49,876 nt of DNA, from positions 31,698 through 81,573 of the forward strand of contig DIAQ01000064.1 in the NCBI GenBank assembly GCA_002414865.1. The letters are read 5' to 3'. A program made the position numbers and the translations under genes. Origin of the DNA: a candidate division Hyd24-12 bacterium UBA5074 (lineage in GTDB: Bacteria; Fermentibacterota; Fermentibacteria; Fermentibacterales; Fermentibacteraceae). Under the pieces are notes generated by a model. It did no database searches. It had not been told where the DNA came from and was given only the letters and a program-made list of their open reading frames with translations. Shown here in pieces: positions 9,329-18,902 of this stretch (position 1 is the stretch's first letter; every line of letters starts with the position of its first letter).

Positions 9329-9984
9329 CAGAAGCGGAACCCCACGCTCATCCGGACCGACGAGAAATCATCGGGATCGGGCACGGAGAGCTCGCTGTAG
9401 AGGACCTGGCCGCGGTTGCTCAACAGGGCTGCGTCGATCGCGCTGACCGCCCTGTTCACCACGGCGAACATCCCGATATAGAGGCTCCTGCGGTACCACT
9501 GGCGGCTCTCCTGGAGGGCGTCCGCGAAGTCCTCCCGGGCGTCCTCTGAGCTCCAGTCCCAGGACATGTCGCCGTAGTAGGCGTGCGAGTCGTAGTACTG
9601 CTGCTGGGCGACGGGGTCGTCGGGATAGTAGTAGCGCGCGAGCCGGTGGACGAAGTCGTTGTACTCGGAGCTGCTCCCGAAATCGCCGACGTCCTCCAGG
9701 AAGTCGCCGTCCCTCCCGGATGCATCGAGACCCGCCTCCTCCGCCGCCAGGATCTCGAAGTCGTCCTCTGCGAAGGTTCCTTCGAGGTAGCTCAGGGCCA
9801 CGCCGGCCCAGGTGGCAGCCTCGACTCCGAGGAAGATGTTGCCCCTGCCCGCATGGCCGAGATGCCGTTGCCCCCAGCCGGGGAGCACGACGGAGCGGAG
9901 GACGGCCCCCCGCGTTTCCGGAGAGGCCTGGGAGGAGCCTGCGATGAGGAGCGCAGCTGCGAGCACGGGCAGGAACGGCCTCAT
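9328..9984 (-). CDS. Exported/membrane hypothetical protein (DUF5683-like)
   Basis: Signal peptide, AVLRSVVLPGWGQRHLG motif, NRAVSAIDA helix and C-terminal SVGFRF. Coupled to both neighbours. Confidence 0.7.
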   Translation of the reverse strand: MRPFLPVLAAALLIAGSSQASPETRGAVLRSVVLPGWGQRHLGHAGRGNIFLGVEAATWAGVALSYLEGTFAEDDFEILAAEEAGLDASGRDGDFLEDVGDFGSSSEYNDFVHRLARYYYPDDPVAQQQYYDSHAYYGDMSWDWSSEDAREDFADALQESRQWYRRSLYIGMFAVVNRAVSAIDAALLSNRGQVLYSELSVPDPDDFSSVRMSVGFRF

Positions 9985-9985
9985 G

Positions 9986-12820
9986 TCACTTCACCACCCC
10001 GGCCTGGAAGAGAGCCTCCGTCGAGCCGGAAGGACCTTCGATCTCCAGGCAGATGAAATAGAGCCCGGGCGAGATGTCGGAGGTGTCCCAGCCGTTCTCG
10101 CACGCCATCCCGCCCTGCGCCGAGCCGCTGTAGGAGGAAACAAGCTCGCCTGCGACGTTCAGGACGGCGATGCTGTATGCACAGTCCTCGCCGGGCTCGA
10201 AACGGATGGTCGCCGTGCCGTCCCTCGAAGGATTCGGATAGACGAAGAAGCTGCCTGCCGCAAGTGCGCCGGAATACCCCTGGAGCGAAGGGAGGTCTCC
10301 GGGCCACCAGCATCCCTGGCCGGAGAAGTCGGCCCCCGGAAGGTAGCCGCCGGACTGCTCCGGCGTCTGCCATAGGCCTGCCCAGCCGGACTCGTCAGCG
10401 GCAACCAGCTCGAGAAGGCCGTCGCCGTCGAGATCCTCGAGCAGGGGCCTGCCCACGGGGTCCGCCCCGGTCGAAACCGGGAAGCCCTGGGGCTCCAAAC
10501 CCGAAGCATCGGCAAGGCCGGTCCTGCCATCCCGCAGGGAGTAGCCGGCGAACCCCTGCCCGCCTGCGCCGCAGTTCCATCGGGAGAATTCGTCCTGGGA
10601 GGGATCGAGAGGGGGTGACAGCGGCCAGTCGAGGATGGTCGAGCCGGTGAACTCCAGCGCCTCGATCCCGAAAGTGGTCTCGGTCGCGACCTCGGGGTAT
10701 CCGTCGCCGTTGACGTCGGAGAGCCACGGGGCGCCCAGTGGATCCCCCTGGAGCTGGACCGGCGTGCCGGGGGCGATGGAGCCATCCAGCTCGAGAGAGG
10801 TGAAAGTGCTGCCGCAGACGACGCACACCTCCTGGGCGCCATCCCTGTCGAAGTCGGCCGAGAGCACGCCTCCGGCGGGTTCCCCGCCCTGGACTTCCAC
10901 GGGCCAGCCCGGGAGTCCGGTGGAATCCCTGCGCCATGCGTTCGTCTCGCCCGAAGCGAGAAGCACGAGGATGCCAGGACGGTCCTGATCCGGGATGATC
11001 GCCAGGTCGACCGCGTCGGCCTGCAGCTCGCGCGGCCATCCGGGCAGCGCCTGCCCGTCAGGGGAGAAGAGGTAGAGAAGGTCCCTGTCGGTGGCCACTG
11101 CGACGATTCCGGCCTCTCCCGATACGAGGGAGGCCACGGGCGTTCCGGCGACCGACACCGGCCATCCCGGGAGATCCTCTCCCGTCGTGCCCAGAAGGTG
11201 GACGGACCCCCTGGTGCACACCAGCAGGCAGGGGCCTGCTCCTTCGACGCCGCCCGCCCTCGGAGGCATGGTCAGGTCCTCGAAGAAGGCCGTCGGCACG
11301 GGATCGGCGATCGGGAGCGACCAGAGTATCCCGGCGTTCGATGTCAGCATGACCGACCTGCCCTGCGGAGTGTCGAACGGGACCGGGCCGCAGTCCAGCG
11401 GGCCGACGGAGACGGGCCATCCCTCCGGCATGGCTCCGGGCTGCACCGCCACGGACATCTGCCCGGAGGGGGGATCCTGCACCGCGACCTCCACCCCCGT
11501 GAAGCCTCCCCAGCTGGTGCAGCTCGACGGCTCGGTCCAGGGACCGAGGACCGAGGAGTAGCCGCCTGCGAAGTAGGGGTCGAACCGGCTTCCCTCGATC
11601 CCGTAGATGTCGGGCAGGGAGTAGTCGAAATCCTGTATGCCGTCGGCCTCTTCCAGGTCTACGCCCTTGTGCTCCGGATCGGCGTTGACGGTGTTCGACG
11701 CCAGGTTGGCGTCCACGACAGACCTGTCGATGTGCCAGATGAGGATGCCCGAGCCGTGCAGGCCGAAGTCGCGCTCGTGCTCACCGCACATGCCGTCGCC
11801 GTCGGGGTCCTTGACCCGGTTCTCGACGAGCAGGTACTCGCTGCCGGAGAGCCTGACCTTGTACACAGTGTCTCCCGGCGTGCACTCGAAGGAGCTCCCG
11901 GCAGGGACGAGCACCTCGTCGGCCCAGCCCAGCCTGGAGCGTGACCAGGCTCCGGGGGCGGTGGGCCAGAAGCCGCTCATCATCCACTGCCCGTAACCCA
12001 TCATGTCCCAGCCGCCCACTCCCACGCCGCCCGTCAGGGTGTCGTACAGGTCGGGGAGGCCCAGCTGGTGGAGGAATTCGTGCGCCATGGTCCCGAGGAC
12101 CCCGAGTCCATAGCCGTCCTGCGTCTCCTGTTCCGGCGCCAGCATCCCCTCCTGGACGAAGACGCCGTCGTCCGTCTCGATGCCCTCGTAACCGCTGCCG
12201 CCCTCCGGGAGGTAGTAGGCCAGGTCGGCCAGGCCCAGGAAGACGGAGACGATGTCGTCGGGCGAGTCGCCCAGGATGTCGGCTTCCTGGCCCGCCCCGG
12301 CGTGGATGACCATCACGCCGTCGAAGCTCGAGAAGTCGACTGCGGGATCGGATGCTTCCACGGCATCGCGCAGGAGGAGGCAAAGGCCCGCGGGATAGAC
12401 GGAATCGGCTCCATACCAGGCCATCTGGTGGGGAAGGGCGAACGCTCCGTCCGACGGGAAGACTTCGCAGAGCAGATCGAACCTGCCGCTGGACGCATCG
12501 GACATGTAGGCGGACATCTGGTCGGCCAGATCGGCAGTATAGGCGGTGCCATGCGAGGTCTCGAAGAGCCCGTCGCCCGAGCTGGCATCCGAGAAGTCCT
12601 CGACGAATTCGACCCTCAGGACGCACAGTCGGAATGTCCCCAGCGACCTGACCGCATCCGCCGTCTCGTCCCCGCTGCATATGGCAATGCCGGACGAGGG
12701 GCGCTCGTGCAGAAGGGGTATCCCTGTTCCCGTGCTCACCGGCGGGGCGGCCGCGGCGGATGCGGCGAGGATGAGTGGTGCGATCCGCAGCGCGGATGCC
12801 GCACCGTCGGCGGCCCGCAT
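9986..12820 (-). CDS. M6-family (immune inhibitor A-like) metalloprotease with GWP/FG-GAP-like propeller repeats and T9SS-like CTD
   Basis: VIHAGAGQE, AHEFLHQLGLPDLYD, WDMMGYG, EYLLVENR, GILIWHID and DLEEADG motifs; repeated GWPV and D.DGDG..E; C-terminal FVYPNP...LNVAGE...WD...PGLYF. The ATG at 12820 overlaps the porV stop (TGATG). Confidence 0.88.
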   Translation of the reverse strand: MRAADGAASALRIAPLILAASAAAAPPVSTGTGIPLLHERPSSGIAICSGDETADAVRSLGTFRLCVLRVEFVEDFSDASSGDGLFETSHGTAYTADLADQMSAYMSDASSGRFDLLCEVFPSDGAFALPHQMAWYGADSVYPAGLCLLLRDAVEASDPAVDFSSFDGVMVIHAGAGQEADILGDSPDDIVSVFLGLADLAYYLPEGGSGYEGIETDDGVFVQEGMLAPEQETQDGYGLGVLGTMAHEFLHQLGLPDLYDTLTGGVGVGGWDMMGYGQWMMSGFWPTAPGAWSRSRLGWADEVLVPAGSSFECTPGDTVYKVRLSGSEYLLVENRVKDPDGDGMCGEHERDFGLHGSGILIWHIDRSVVDANLASNTVNADPEHKGVDLEEADGIQDFDYSLPDIYGIEGSRFDPYFAGGYSSVLGPWTEPSSCTSWGGFTGVEVAVQDPPSGQMSVAVQPGAMPEGWPVSVGPLDCGPVPFDTPQGRSVMLTSNAGILWSLPIADPVPTAFFEDLTMPPRAGGVEGAGPCLLVCTRGSVHLLGTTGEDLPGWPVSVAGTPVASLVSGEAGIVAVATDRDLLYLFSPDGQALPGWPRELQADAVDLAIIPDQDRPGILVLLASGETNAWRRDSTGLPGWPVEVQGGEPAGGVLSADFDRDGAQEVCVVCGSTFTSLELDGSIAPGTPVQLQGDPLGAPWLSDVNGDGYPEVATETTFGIEALEFTGSTILDWPLSPPLDPSQDEFSRWNCGAGGQGFAGYSLRDGRTGLADASGLEPQGFPVSTGADPVGRPLLEDLDGDGLLELVAADESGWAGLWQTPEQSGGYLPGADFSGQGCWWPGDLPSLQGYSGALAAGSFFVYPNPSRDGTATIRFEPGEDCAYSIAVLNVAGELVSSYSGSAQGGMACENGWDTSDISPGLYFICLEIEGPSGSTEALFQAGVVK

Positions 12821-13827
12821 CAGAACTGAACCACCAGCGAGAACTTCTTGTTGTACTTCCCGGAGCCCTGCAGGCTCTCCTCGACAGGCACGAAGGCCAT
12901 GTCGAACTGGAGCCCGGAGTAGCGGATCCCTGCTCCGAAGGTGAGGCCCTGGATCGTGGAGGCGCCCTCGGTATCGTGGATGTACCCCGCCCGGAGACCG
13001 AGCAGGTCGTAGTACCAGTACTCGGCTCCGGCCCCCCACTTGTTCTCGGTGATCTCGTCGGAGAAGCCGTCGTCGACATTGGTCAGCAGCTTGCTGTAAT
13101 CCACCGCCACCTGGAGCTGGGTCATCTGGGTGTCGAAGGGCTCGTAGGCAAGGCCCGCCCGGATGGTCCTGGGCAGGGGGTTCCCTTCGGATTGGCCGCC
13201 GTAGCTCATGTTGGGGCCCAGGTTCGAGAGGCAGGCACCGATCGAGGCGTTGCCCAGGCTCGCGAGCCCCAGGTCGTCCATCGGGATGTGGTAGAGCACG
13301 CCGAGGTCGGCTGCGAAGGAGCTCCCCTTGCCGATGTCCTCGTAGAAGAGGTGGTCATAGATGAACTTCACGCCGAGGCCCACGGACACTCCCGGCGCGA
13401 CTTCGGTGCCCGCGGCGGCCGTGGCCGAGACGCCGTAGGCATAGAACGTGCCTATCGGCTCGGGGCTGCCCCCCTCGGTCTCCTGCTGCTCGCCCATGGA
13501 CATGAAGGTGATGCTTCCGCCCACGCCTCCCCACCCCTCGAGGTACCTGGCGTAGCCCAGGTATTCGAAGTAGAGGTCGTCGGCGAGCTGCGGGAGCCAG
13601 TTGGAGTGCTGCAGCGTGACCTCGTTCTTCTCGGGCGTGACGTAGGCCAGGCCGGCGGGGTTCCAGTAGGATGCCGTGGCGTCGTCGGAGATGGCGACGA
13701 AGGCCTCACCCATGCCGTTCGGCCTGGCGCCTGGGGTTATCGTCATCCAAATGACGCTGGCCGTGGACGCCTGGGCCTCTCCCACCAGCATGACGGTTCC
13801 GAGGATCAGGAACAGGTAACGGTACAT
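12820..13827 (-). CDS. porV: PorV/PorQ family outer-membrane beta-barrel (T9SS shuttle)
   Basis: Signal peptide, then ITPGARPNGMGEAFVAISDDATASYWNPAGLA, HSNWLPQL, NLGPNMSY, LPRTIRAG, GAEYWY..LGLRAGY, C-terminal Phe. Directly downstream of porU. Confidence 0.88.
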   Translation of the reverse strand: MYRYLFLILGTVMLVGEAQASTASVIWMTITPGARPNGMGEAFVAISDDATASYWNPAGLAYVTPEKNEVTLQHSNWLPQLADDLYFEYLGYARYLEGWGGVGGSITFMSMGEQQETEGGSPEPIGTFYAYGVSATAAAGTEVAPGVSVGLGVKFIYDHLFYEDIGKGSSFAADLGVLYHIPMDDLGLASLGNASIGACLSNLGPNMSYGGQSEGNPLPRTIRAGLAYEPFDTQMTQLQVAVDYSKLLTNVDDGFSDEITENKWGAGAEYWYYDLLGLRAGYIHDTEGASTIQGLTFGAGIRYSGLQFDMAFVPVEESLQGSGKYNKKFSLVVQF

Positions 13828-13835
13828 GATACCCC

Positions 13836-16800
13836 CTATGACTCTCTGACTATAGCCAGAACCCCTGTGCACTCGTCCGCGCCGGCACCAGATGAGGCAC
13901 GAATCCTGTAAATGTACGAGCCGCTGGCCACAGGATCGCCGTCGGCGTCCGCTCCATCCCACCACCACGAATTATAGCCGGCTTCCGCCGGGATGTTCCG
14001 CTCCCGCAATATCCTCAGACCGTTTACCGTGAAGATCTCTATGTCGACGGAACCCTCGCCGCTCTGCATCCAGTTCAGCGAGAGCCCCCCGGAGGAGGGG
14101 CACGGATACGGGAAGGCCTGCCAGATCGTGAGGCCGCTCGTGGACAGCACCGTGAAGCTCATGGCCACGCTGCTCCTGTTGAGCAGGCCGTCGCTGGCTC
14201 TCAGCTCGAGGGTGTGCGCCCCTTCGGAGAGCGATCCCAGGGCGGCTTCGAGCGAGCCCTGGGTGGTGCTCCCGGCGTCGTAGCGGAACAGCGGGGAGAC
14301 ATCCTGCGGGCTTCCGTCGAGATAGAGGGCCAGCTGCCTCCCCGGATTGCCGAGGAGGTTTATGCCGGAAGGATCTGACAGCTCGGCGCAGGCGATCACC
14401 GGCCCGCTCACCGAAGGCGCTGCAGCGGAGCGGAATCCGTCGAGCCAGAGCGAGATGACCGGGCCGGCCGTATCGGTCGGCGACGGGGTGCCCGGGACGA
14501 GGGGCTCCGGGTAGAGGACGCCGGCGCTGGCGCCTCCCGGGCCGAGGAGGAAGGCGGATATCCTCGCCGTCGATCCCGTGTCGGCGTCCACCGGGACGAA
14601 GATGTCGAAGTCGAGGTCGGGGTCCGATTGAGCGCATCCGTTGTAGAATCGCGATCCCTGGCCCACGTACGGGATGGGCAGGTTCTGCCGGAAGGTGTAG
14701 TAGGTGTCCGCAGTGCAGGACTCGAACGCCTGGAGCATCACGAGCCCCTCGCCCGGTGCCAGGCCTTCGCAGGAAGCCTGCTCTCCGGTGCGGAGGCCGC
14801 TGCTGGAGAGCGTCATGTCCGAGGGGGGAACTGCGATGCGCAGGCTTCCGTTCCCGAACACCTCGTACCTCTTGTCATTGTCTGTGAAGCCGTTGGCCAG
14901 CTTGGCCGCCAGGAGGCACCAGGATGCGGAGAGGTCTCCTTGCGAGAAGAGCGCGTCGAGGAACCCGGCGACGAGCGGGGTGTTCGCGGCGCCGATGGTT
15001 TCATCGGTGGCGCCTATGGACACTATCGCGCCGCCTGCGGGTGAGGTTGTCACGCTCTGGGCGATGCAGTCCTTGTTGGGGTCCTGGAACTGACCGACGC
15101 TGCACGAGCCGAAGAAGGCCACGGGCAGGCGCGGTCCGCACGCGAGGAGGCTCATGTCCTCGATGTAGAGGAGGCCCTCGTCGGCCAGCTGGTCGAAGCC
15201 CCCGTGCCCCAGGTACAGAACGGCGAGGGCGCCCTCTGTCCAGAGATCGATGAAGTCCGCCCTGGCCTCCGGCTTCTTCCAGTACTCGTCCCAGCCGTAG
15301 AAGATGAGATAGTGCTTGACGGGCCTGATGAAGTCCGGGAGGTGGCTCTCCAGCAGGTATTCCATGTCGACGGTGTGATACTGCTCGTCGGCCGCGTATT
15401 TCGAGGACCTCTCGTCGTCCGCCGCACCGATGACGAGCGACTGCCACTGTCCGGCGGCCTCGCCCGAAGCGTACTCGAGGCTGCGCTCCGCCACGCGCTG
15501 GACTTCGGTGCCCTGCCGGGCCGCTATCCTGGAGACGGCCACCTGGGGCACCGCGGCGCCGCTCACTATCCCGAACAGGTCGTCGCCGCAGATCTCGAAG
15601 GAGGGGTAGAAGAGAACGTCGATATAGCAGGGGATCGAGGAGATGTTGTTCCGGGGATCGAAGTGCCCTCCCCCCACCAGCACCAGGTCGAGCGGCGCGG
15701 GGTCCCAGGTGTTCACGGCCTCGTCGACGAAAGCCCTGATGGCCCCGGGATCCCTGACTCCCCCGTTGAACTCGTCGTAGATCTCCTGGACATCGATCAG
15801 CTCGGCCGATGGAGATCCGGCTGCGAGCGGAGAGGCATCGTCGACGAATGATCCTGCAGCCGCGTAGACGGTTTCCGCCCCGTCGAGAACGCCGAGTATC
15901 CGGCCCGGCGAAGCGGCAGCCACGGACAGGGGATGGCGGTATCCGCCGGGGGGGACGATCCAGAGCTCTCTCGCTTCCCATGACGAGGGCAGCTCGACCT
16001 CGAAGGAGGACGGGTCACCCGTGGCAAGCAGGGCGGAGGCCGTATCGCCCGAGATGGCGAAGATGCGGCACCCGGTCAGGCTGCTCTGCCAGTCGACCCT
16101 GAACCGGGAGGGTGCGGAGGCGTACCACTCGAGGGGGACCTGCGTCTGGCCGCTTGTCACCGGAGCGGTCTGCGCGAATACCTCGAACCAGTCGAAGAAG
16201 ATGTCGTCCATCGCAGGATTATGAGTGAGCCTGATCGAGAGCATGTTCGTCGGATCGGCCAGGTTGGAGCAGCCCACGTCGAGCCTGAAGAGAGCGGATC
16301 CCTCCCAGGCCGTGTCACATAGAGTGACGTCGTTCAACATGACCTGTATGCCGTGTCTCCCGGCGACCGGCGATCTCAGGTTGAGCCTGATGACCCCCTC
16401 GCCCGTGGCGCCGGCGCAGGTGAAGGCGTGGAAGAACTGCTGGCTGCCGGAGCCGTACGAAGCGTCCCAGGCCCAGTTGTCCGGGAGTATCATGAATTCT
16501 CTTATATAGTTGTACTCGAAATGGTTTCTTGCCGTGAATGCGGAGGGCATGGCAGGAACTCCGGTGAGGCCTGCGTCGATGACCTGCATGCGCGCGCCGG
16601 ATTCTCCTCCCCATGTGAGCCAGTAGCAGTTCTCGGCCGAGTACTCGTGCGTGAAATGGGGAGGGGTGGCCGAGCCGTCGGGCACCCACCACGAGAGGCC
16701 CCGCGCGAAGAAGAACAGGCTGTCGCCCATGTCGAATGTGCCGTCACCGCCGTCCTCGAGCCAGACGGGGACCGGCCTGGGGACATAGCTGTCCTCCCAG

Positions 16801-17525
16801 GGGGAATCGCCCATCATCATCCCCCTGCCGCAGAACAGAGCGAGGGATGCCGAAGGCGCCCCCTCGACTCCCGGCAGGTCATCGCAGGACAGCGCGAACA
16901 CTCCTGCGGTATCTACCGAGATCCTGAACCAGGGCAGCCCCCAGAACGGGCTGTCCGCCCTGTCCCTGGCCCTCCCCGCAACCACGGACGAGGCCTGGCT
17001 CCCGCAGAGGAGCTCGAACAGACGGGCCTCGGCCCCGGTGGGGGTCGAGCCGGTGATCATCCTGGCGCCGCCCTCGGGCATGTCCGGTCGAACGACAATG
17101 CGCCTGGCTGCAAAGAGCCTGTCGCCCCGGCAGATCACCGGATGCAGCTCGATCCTCGCGAGCCTGGCCCTCCTGAATGTGAGATCACCTCGGAACGAGC
17201 CCCACTCCCCGGGCAGATCCGCCGTCGAGGCCGGCTCGTAGGCTCCCGAAACGAGCTGCGTGGACACGTGGAGGCCGTCGGAGGGCAGCTCGTACACGCC
17301 TTCGGCGGTAACGGACCAGGAAGGCGCTCCACCCGGCAGGAAGATGCTCTTCGAGGGCAGCAGCACGCTGCCGTCGGACCCGGACAGGCCGCAGCCCGAC
17401 GCTGTGTAGCCAGCGGTTCCGCCGGCAGGATCCACCACGGGCAGGGGTTCCGGGCACTCCCATACGAAAGAGCCCTGCGCAACAGGCAGTTGCGACAGAA
17501 TGACAAGGAGTGCGTGGAATATCAT
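13836..17525 (-). CDS. porU: PorU-like T9SS sortase (gingipain C25 family) with C-terminal FlgD-Ig/CTD-like domain
   Basis: WFRISVDTAGVF, DGTFDMGDSLFFFARG, YSAENCYWLT, IYDEFNGG..DP.AIRAF. Catalytic YLGHGG and FFGSCSVGQF. The DTAGPVI...LSDPSGINL...GAHTLELRASD.LLN region is typical of PorU. Confidence 0.88.
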   Translation of the reverse strand: MIFHALLVILSQLPVAQGSFVWECPEPLPVVDPAGGTAGYTASGCGLSGSDGSVLLPSKSIFLPGGAPSWSVTAEGVYELPSDGLHVSTQLVSGAYEPASTADLPGEWGSFRGDLTFRRARLARIELHPVICRGDRLFAARRIVVRPDMPEGGARMITGSTPTGAEARLFELLCGSQASSVVAGRARDRADSPFWGLPWFRISVDTAGVFALSCDDLPGVEGAPSASLALFCGRGMMMGDSPWEDSYVPRPVPVWLEDGGDGTFDMGDSLFFFARGLSWWVPDGSATPPHFTHEYSAENCYWLTWGGESGARMQVIDAGLTGVPAMPSAFTARNHFEYNYIREFMILPDNWAWDASYGSGSQQFFHAFTCAGATGEGVIRLNLRSPVAGRHGIQVMLNDVTLCDTAWEGSALFRLDVGCSNLADPTNMLSIRLTHNPAMDDIFFDWFEVFAQTAPVTSGQTQVPLEWYASAPSRFRVDWQSSLTGCRIFAISGDTASALLATGDPSSFEVELPSSWEARELWIVPPGGYRHPLSVAAASPGRILGVLDGAETVYAAAGSFVDDASPLAAGSPSAELIDVQEIYDEFNGGVRDPGAIRAFVDEAVNTWDPAPLDLVLVGGGHFDPRNNISSIPCYIDVLFYPSFEICGDDLFGIVSGAAVPQVAVSRIAARQGTEVQRVAERSLEYASGEAAGQWQSLVIGAADDERSSKYAADEQYHTVDMEYLLESHLPDFIRPVKHYLIFYGWDEYWKKPEARADFIDLWTEGALAVLYLGHGGFDQLADEGLLYIEDMSLLACGPRLPVAFFGSCSVGQFQDPNKDCIAQSVTTSPAGGAIVSIGATDETIGAANTPLVAGFLDALFSQGDLSASWCLLAAKLANGFTDNDKRYEVFGNGSLRIAVPPSDMTLSSSGLRTGEQASCEGLAPGEGLVMLQAFESCTADTYYTFRQNLPIPYVGQGSRFYNGCAQSDPDLDFDIFVPVDADTGSTARISAFLLGPGGASAGVLYPEPLVPGTPSPTDTAGPVISLWLDGFRSAAAPSVSGPVIACAELSDPSGINLLGNPGRQLALYLDGSPQDVSPLFRYDAGSTTQGSLEAALGSLSEGAHTLELRASDGLLNRSSVAMSFTVLSTSGLTIWQAFPYPCPSSGGLSLNWMQSGEGSVDIEIFTVNGLRILRERNIPAEAGYNSWWWDGADADGDPVASGSYIYRIRASSGAGADECTGVLAIVRES

Positions 17526-17528
17526 CAG

Positions 17529-18062
17529 TTACAGCTCCGAGAGCTCCAGGATCGGCCCGTCGCCTGCCTCCTCGCCGGGAAGCCTGCGGTCGTCGGGCAC
17601 CGATTCGGCCTTGATGCGGGACTCCTCGAGCTCGACCATGCGGCTCTGCGTATCAAGGAAAGCCGTGATCTGGGCGAGAATGGCCATCCGGCGGTCCTGC
17701 AGCTCGCGGACGGTTTCCGTGAGCACCTGGACTCGCTCCCGCGCCTCGCTGAGGAGGTTCGCAGCCTTGACCTCGGCGTCCATGATGATGAGCTCGGCTT
17801 CCTTGCCGGCGTCCTCCCTTGCCCTCGCTGCACTCTGCTGCTGGGCTACAAGGACCTCGCGGACGGCTCCCTCCATGCGGTCGAAATCGGCAGCGCGGGC
17901 CCTCAGGACCATCAGCTCCCTGTCAGTCGAATCAAGCCTGCTCTGGGCTTCCTCCCAGGCTTCCGCGAGCATCGATAGAAAGGCTTCGACCTCTGCCGGT
18001 TCGTAGCCGCGCATGATCTTGCGAAACTTCTGCCTGCGTATGTCCAGGGGTGTCAGTCGCAA
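17529..18062 (-). CDS. divIVA: DivIVA domain-containing protein
   Basis: MRLTPLDIRRQKFRKIMRGYEPAEVEAFL followed by coiled coil. TTG start with a GGGGGA RBS; downstream of yggS. Confidence 0.9.
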   Translation of the reverse strand: MRLTPLDIRRQKFRKIMRGYEPAEVEAFLSMLAEAWEEAQSRLDSTDRELMVLRARAADFDRMEGAVREVLVAQQQSAARAREDAGKEAELIIMDAEVKAANLLSEARERVQVLTETVRELQDRRMAILAQITAFLDTQSRMVELEESRIKAESVPDDRRLPGEEAGDGPILELSEL

Positions 18063-18131
18063 CTCAGTCCCCCCGTTCCCGGGCCGGAGCCCGAAGACGC
18101 GATTCACCCGGCCGACATGCCGGCTGACAGG

Positions 18132-18159
18132 ATAATATCCGCGCCCCGCACGAGGTCAA
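18132..18159 (-). promoter_or_regulatory. Putative sigma70 promoter for the divIVA-porU-porV... operon
   Basis: Minus strand TTGACC-N16-TATTAT in the yggS-divIVA gap. Confidence 0.55.
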
Positions 18160-18179
18160 CTCCGGGCCCCGCCGGAAGG

Positions 18180-18896
18180 TCATCCTGCGCCAGCGGTTCT
18201 CCGCGGGCCGAAGAGGAAGCGGCCGAGGCGTACCGTAGTGGCCCCCTCCTCCACGGCGGCCTCGAAATCATCGCTCATCCCCATGCTCAGCTCGGGAAGC
18301 CTCCTCCCGATCCTCGGCTCGAGACCGTCCCTCAGCTCGCGGAGGGCCGAGAAGGCCTTCCTGGAGGCGCCCTCCCCTCCGGCGAGAGGGCCCACCGTCA
18401 GGAAACCCCTCAGCGCGGGGAGAGTTTCAGGCAGGGAAGCCAGGAGGCTCTCGAGCGCTGCCGCGTCGGGAGGAAATCCATGCTTGGCCTCCCCGGGAGC
18501 GGTGTTTATCTCCAGGAGCAGCCCGGGGGATCGCTCCGCGGAAAACCTCCCCAGCACGGCCTCAAGCACTTCTCTCCTGTCGAGGGAATCGATGCAGTCG
18601 AAGTCGCGGACTGCCTGCCGGGCCTCGCTCCTGTGGAGCGGCCCGATGAGGTGGAACTCCGCGGATCCCCTCCCCAGGGCGGCGATCTTCCGCCCACCCT
18701 CGCTGACGCGGTTCTCGCCGAAGCAGACGATCCCGGCAGCGATAGCCTCCCTCAACACGGCGACAGGGAGGGTCTTGGTCACTGCGAGGATGCGGACCGG
18801 GCCCTGCCGCCCGGATCTGCCCAGCGCGGCGGAAACCGCCTCACGGGCCGCCGCAAGGCGGCTGGCGATGAATTCGGCGTCCGTTTCGAAGGCCAT
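18180..18896 (-). CDS. yggS: YggS family pyridoxal phosphate homeostasis protein
   Basis: ILAVTKT, FGENRVSE, FHLIGPL, LSMGMSDDFEAAVEEGATTVRLGRFLFG. Confidence 0.95.
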   Translation of the reverse strand: MAFETDAEFIASRLAAAREAVSAALGRSGRQGPVRILAVTKTLPVAVLREAIAAGIVCFGENRVSEGGRKIAALGRGSAEFHLIGPLHRSEARQAVRDFDCIDSLDRREVLEAVLGRFSAERSPGLLLEINTAPGEAKHGFPPDAAALESLLASLPETLPALRGFLTVGPLAGGEGASRKAFSALRELRDGLEPRIGRRLPELSMGMSDDFEAAVEEGATTVRLGRFLFGPRRTAGAG

Positions 18897-18902
18897 GCCC
18901 GG

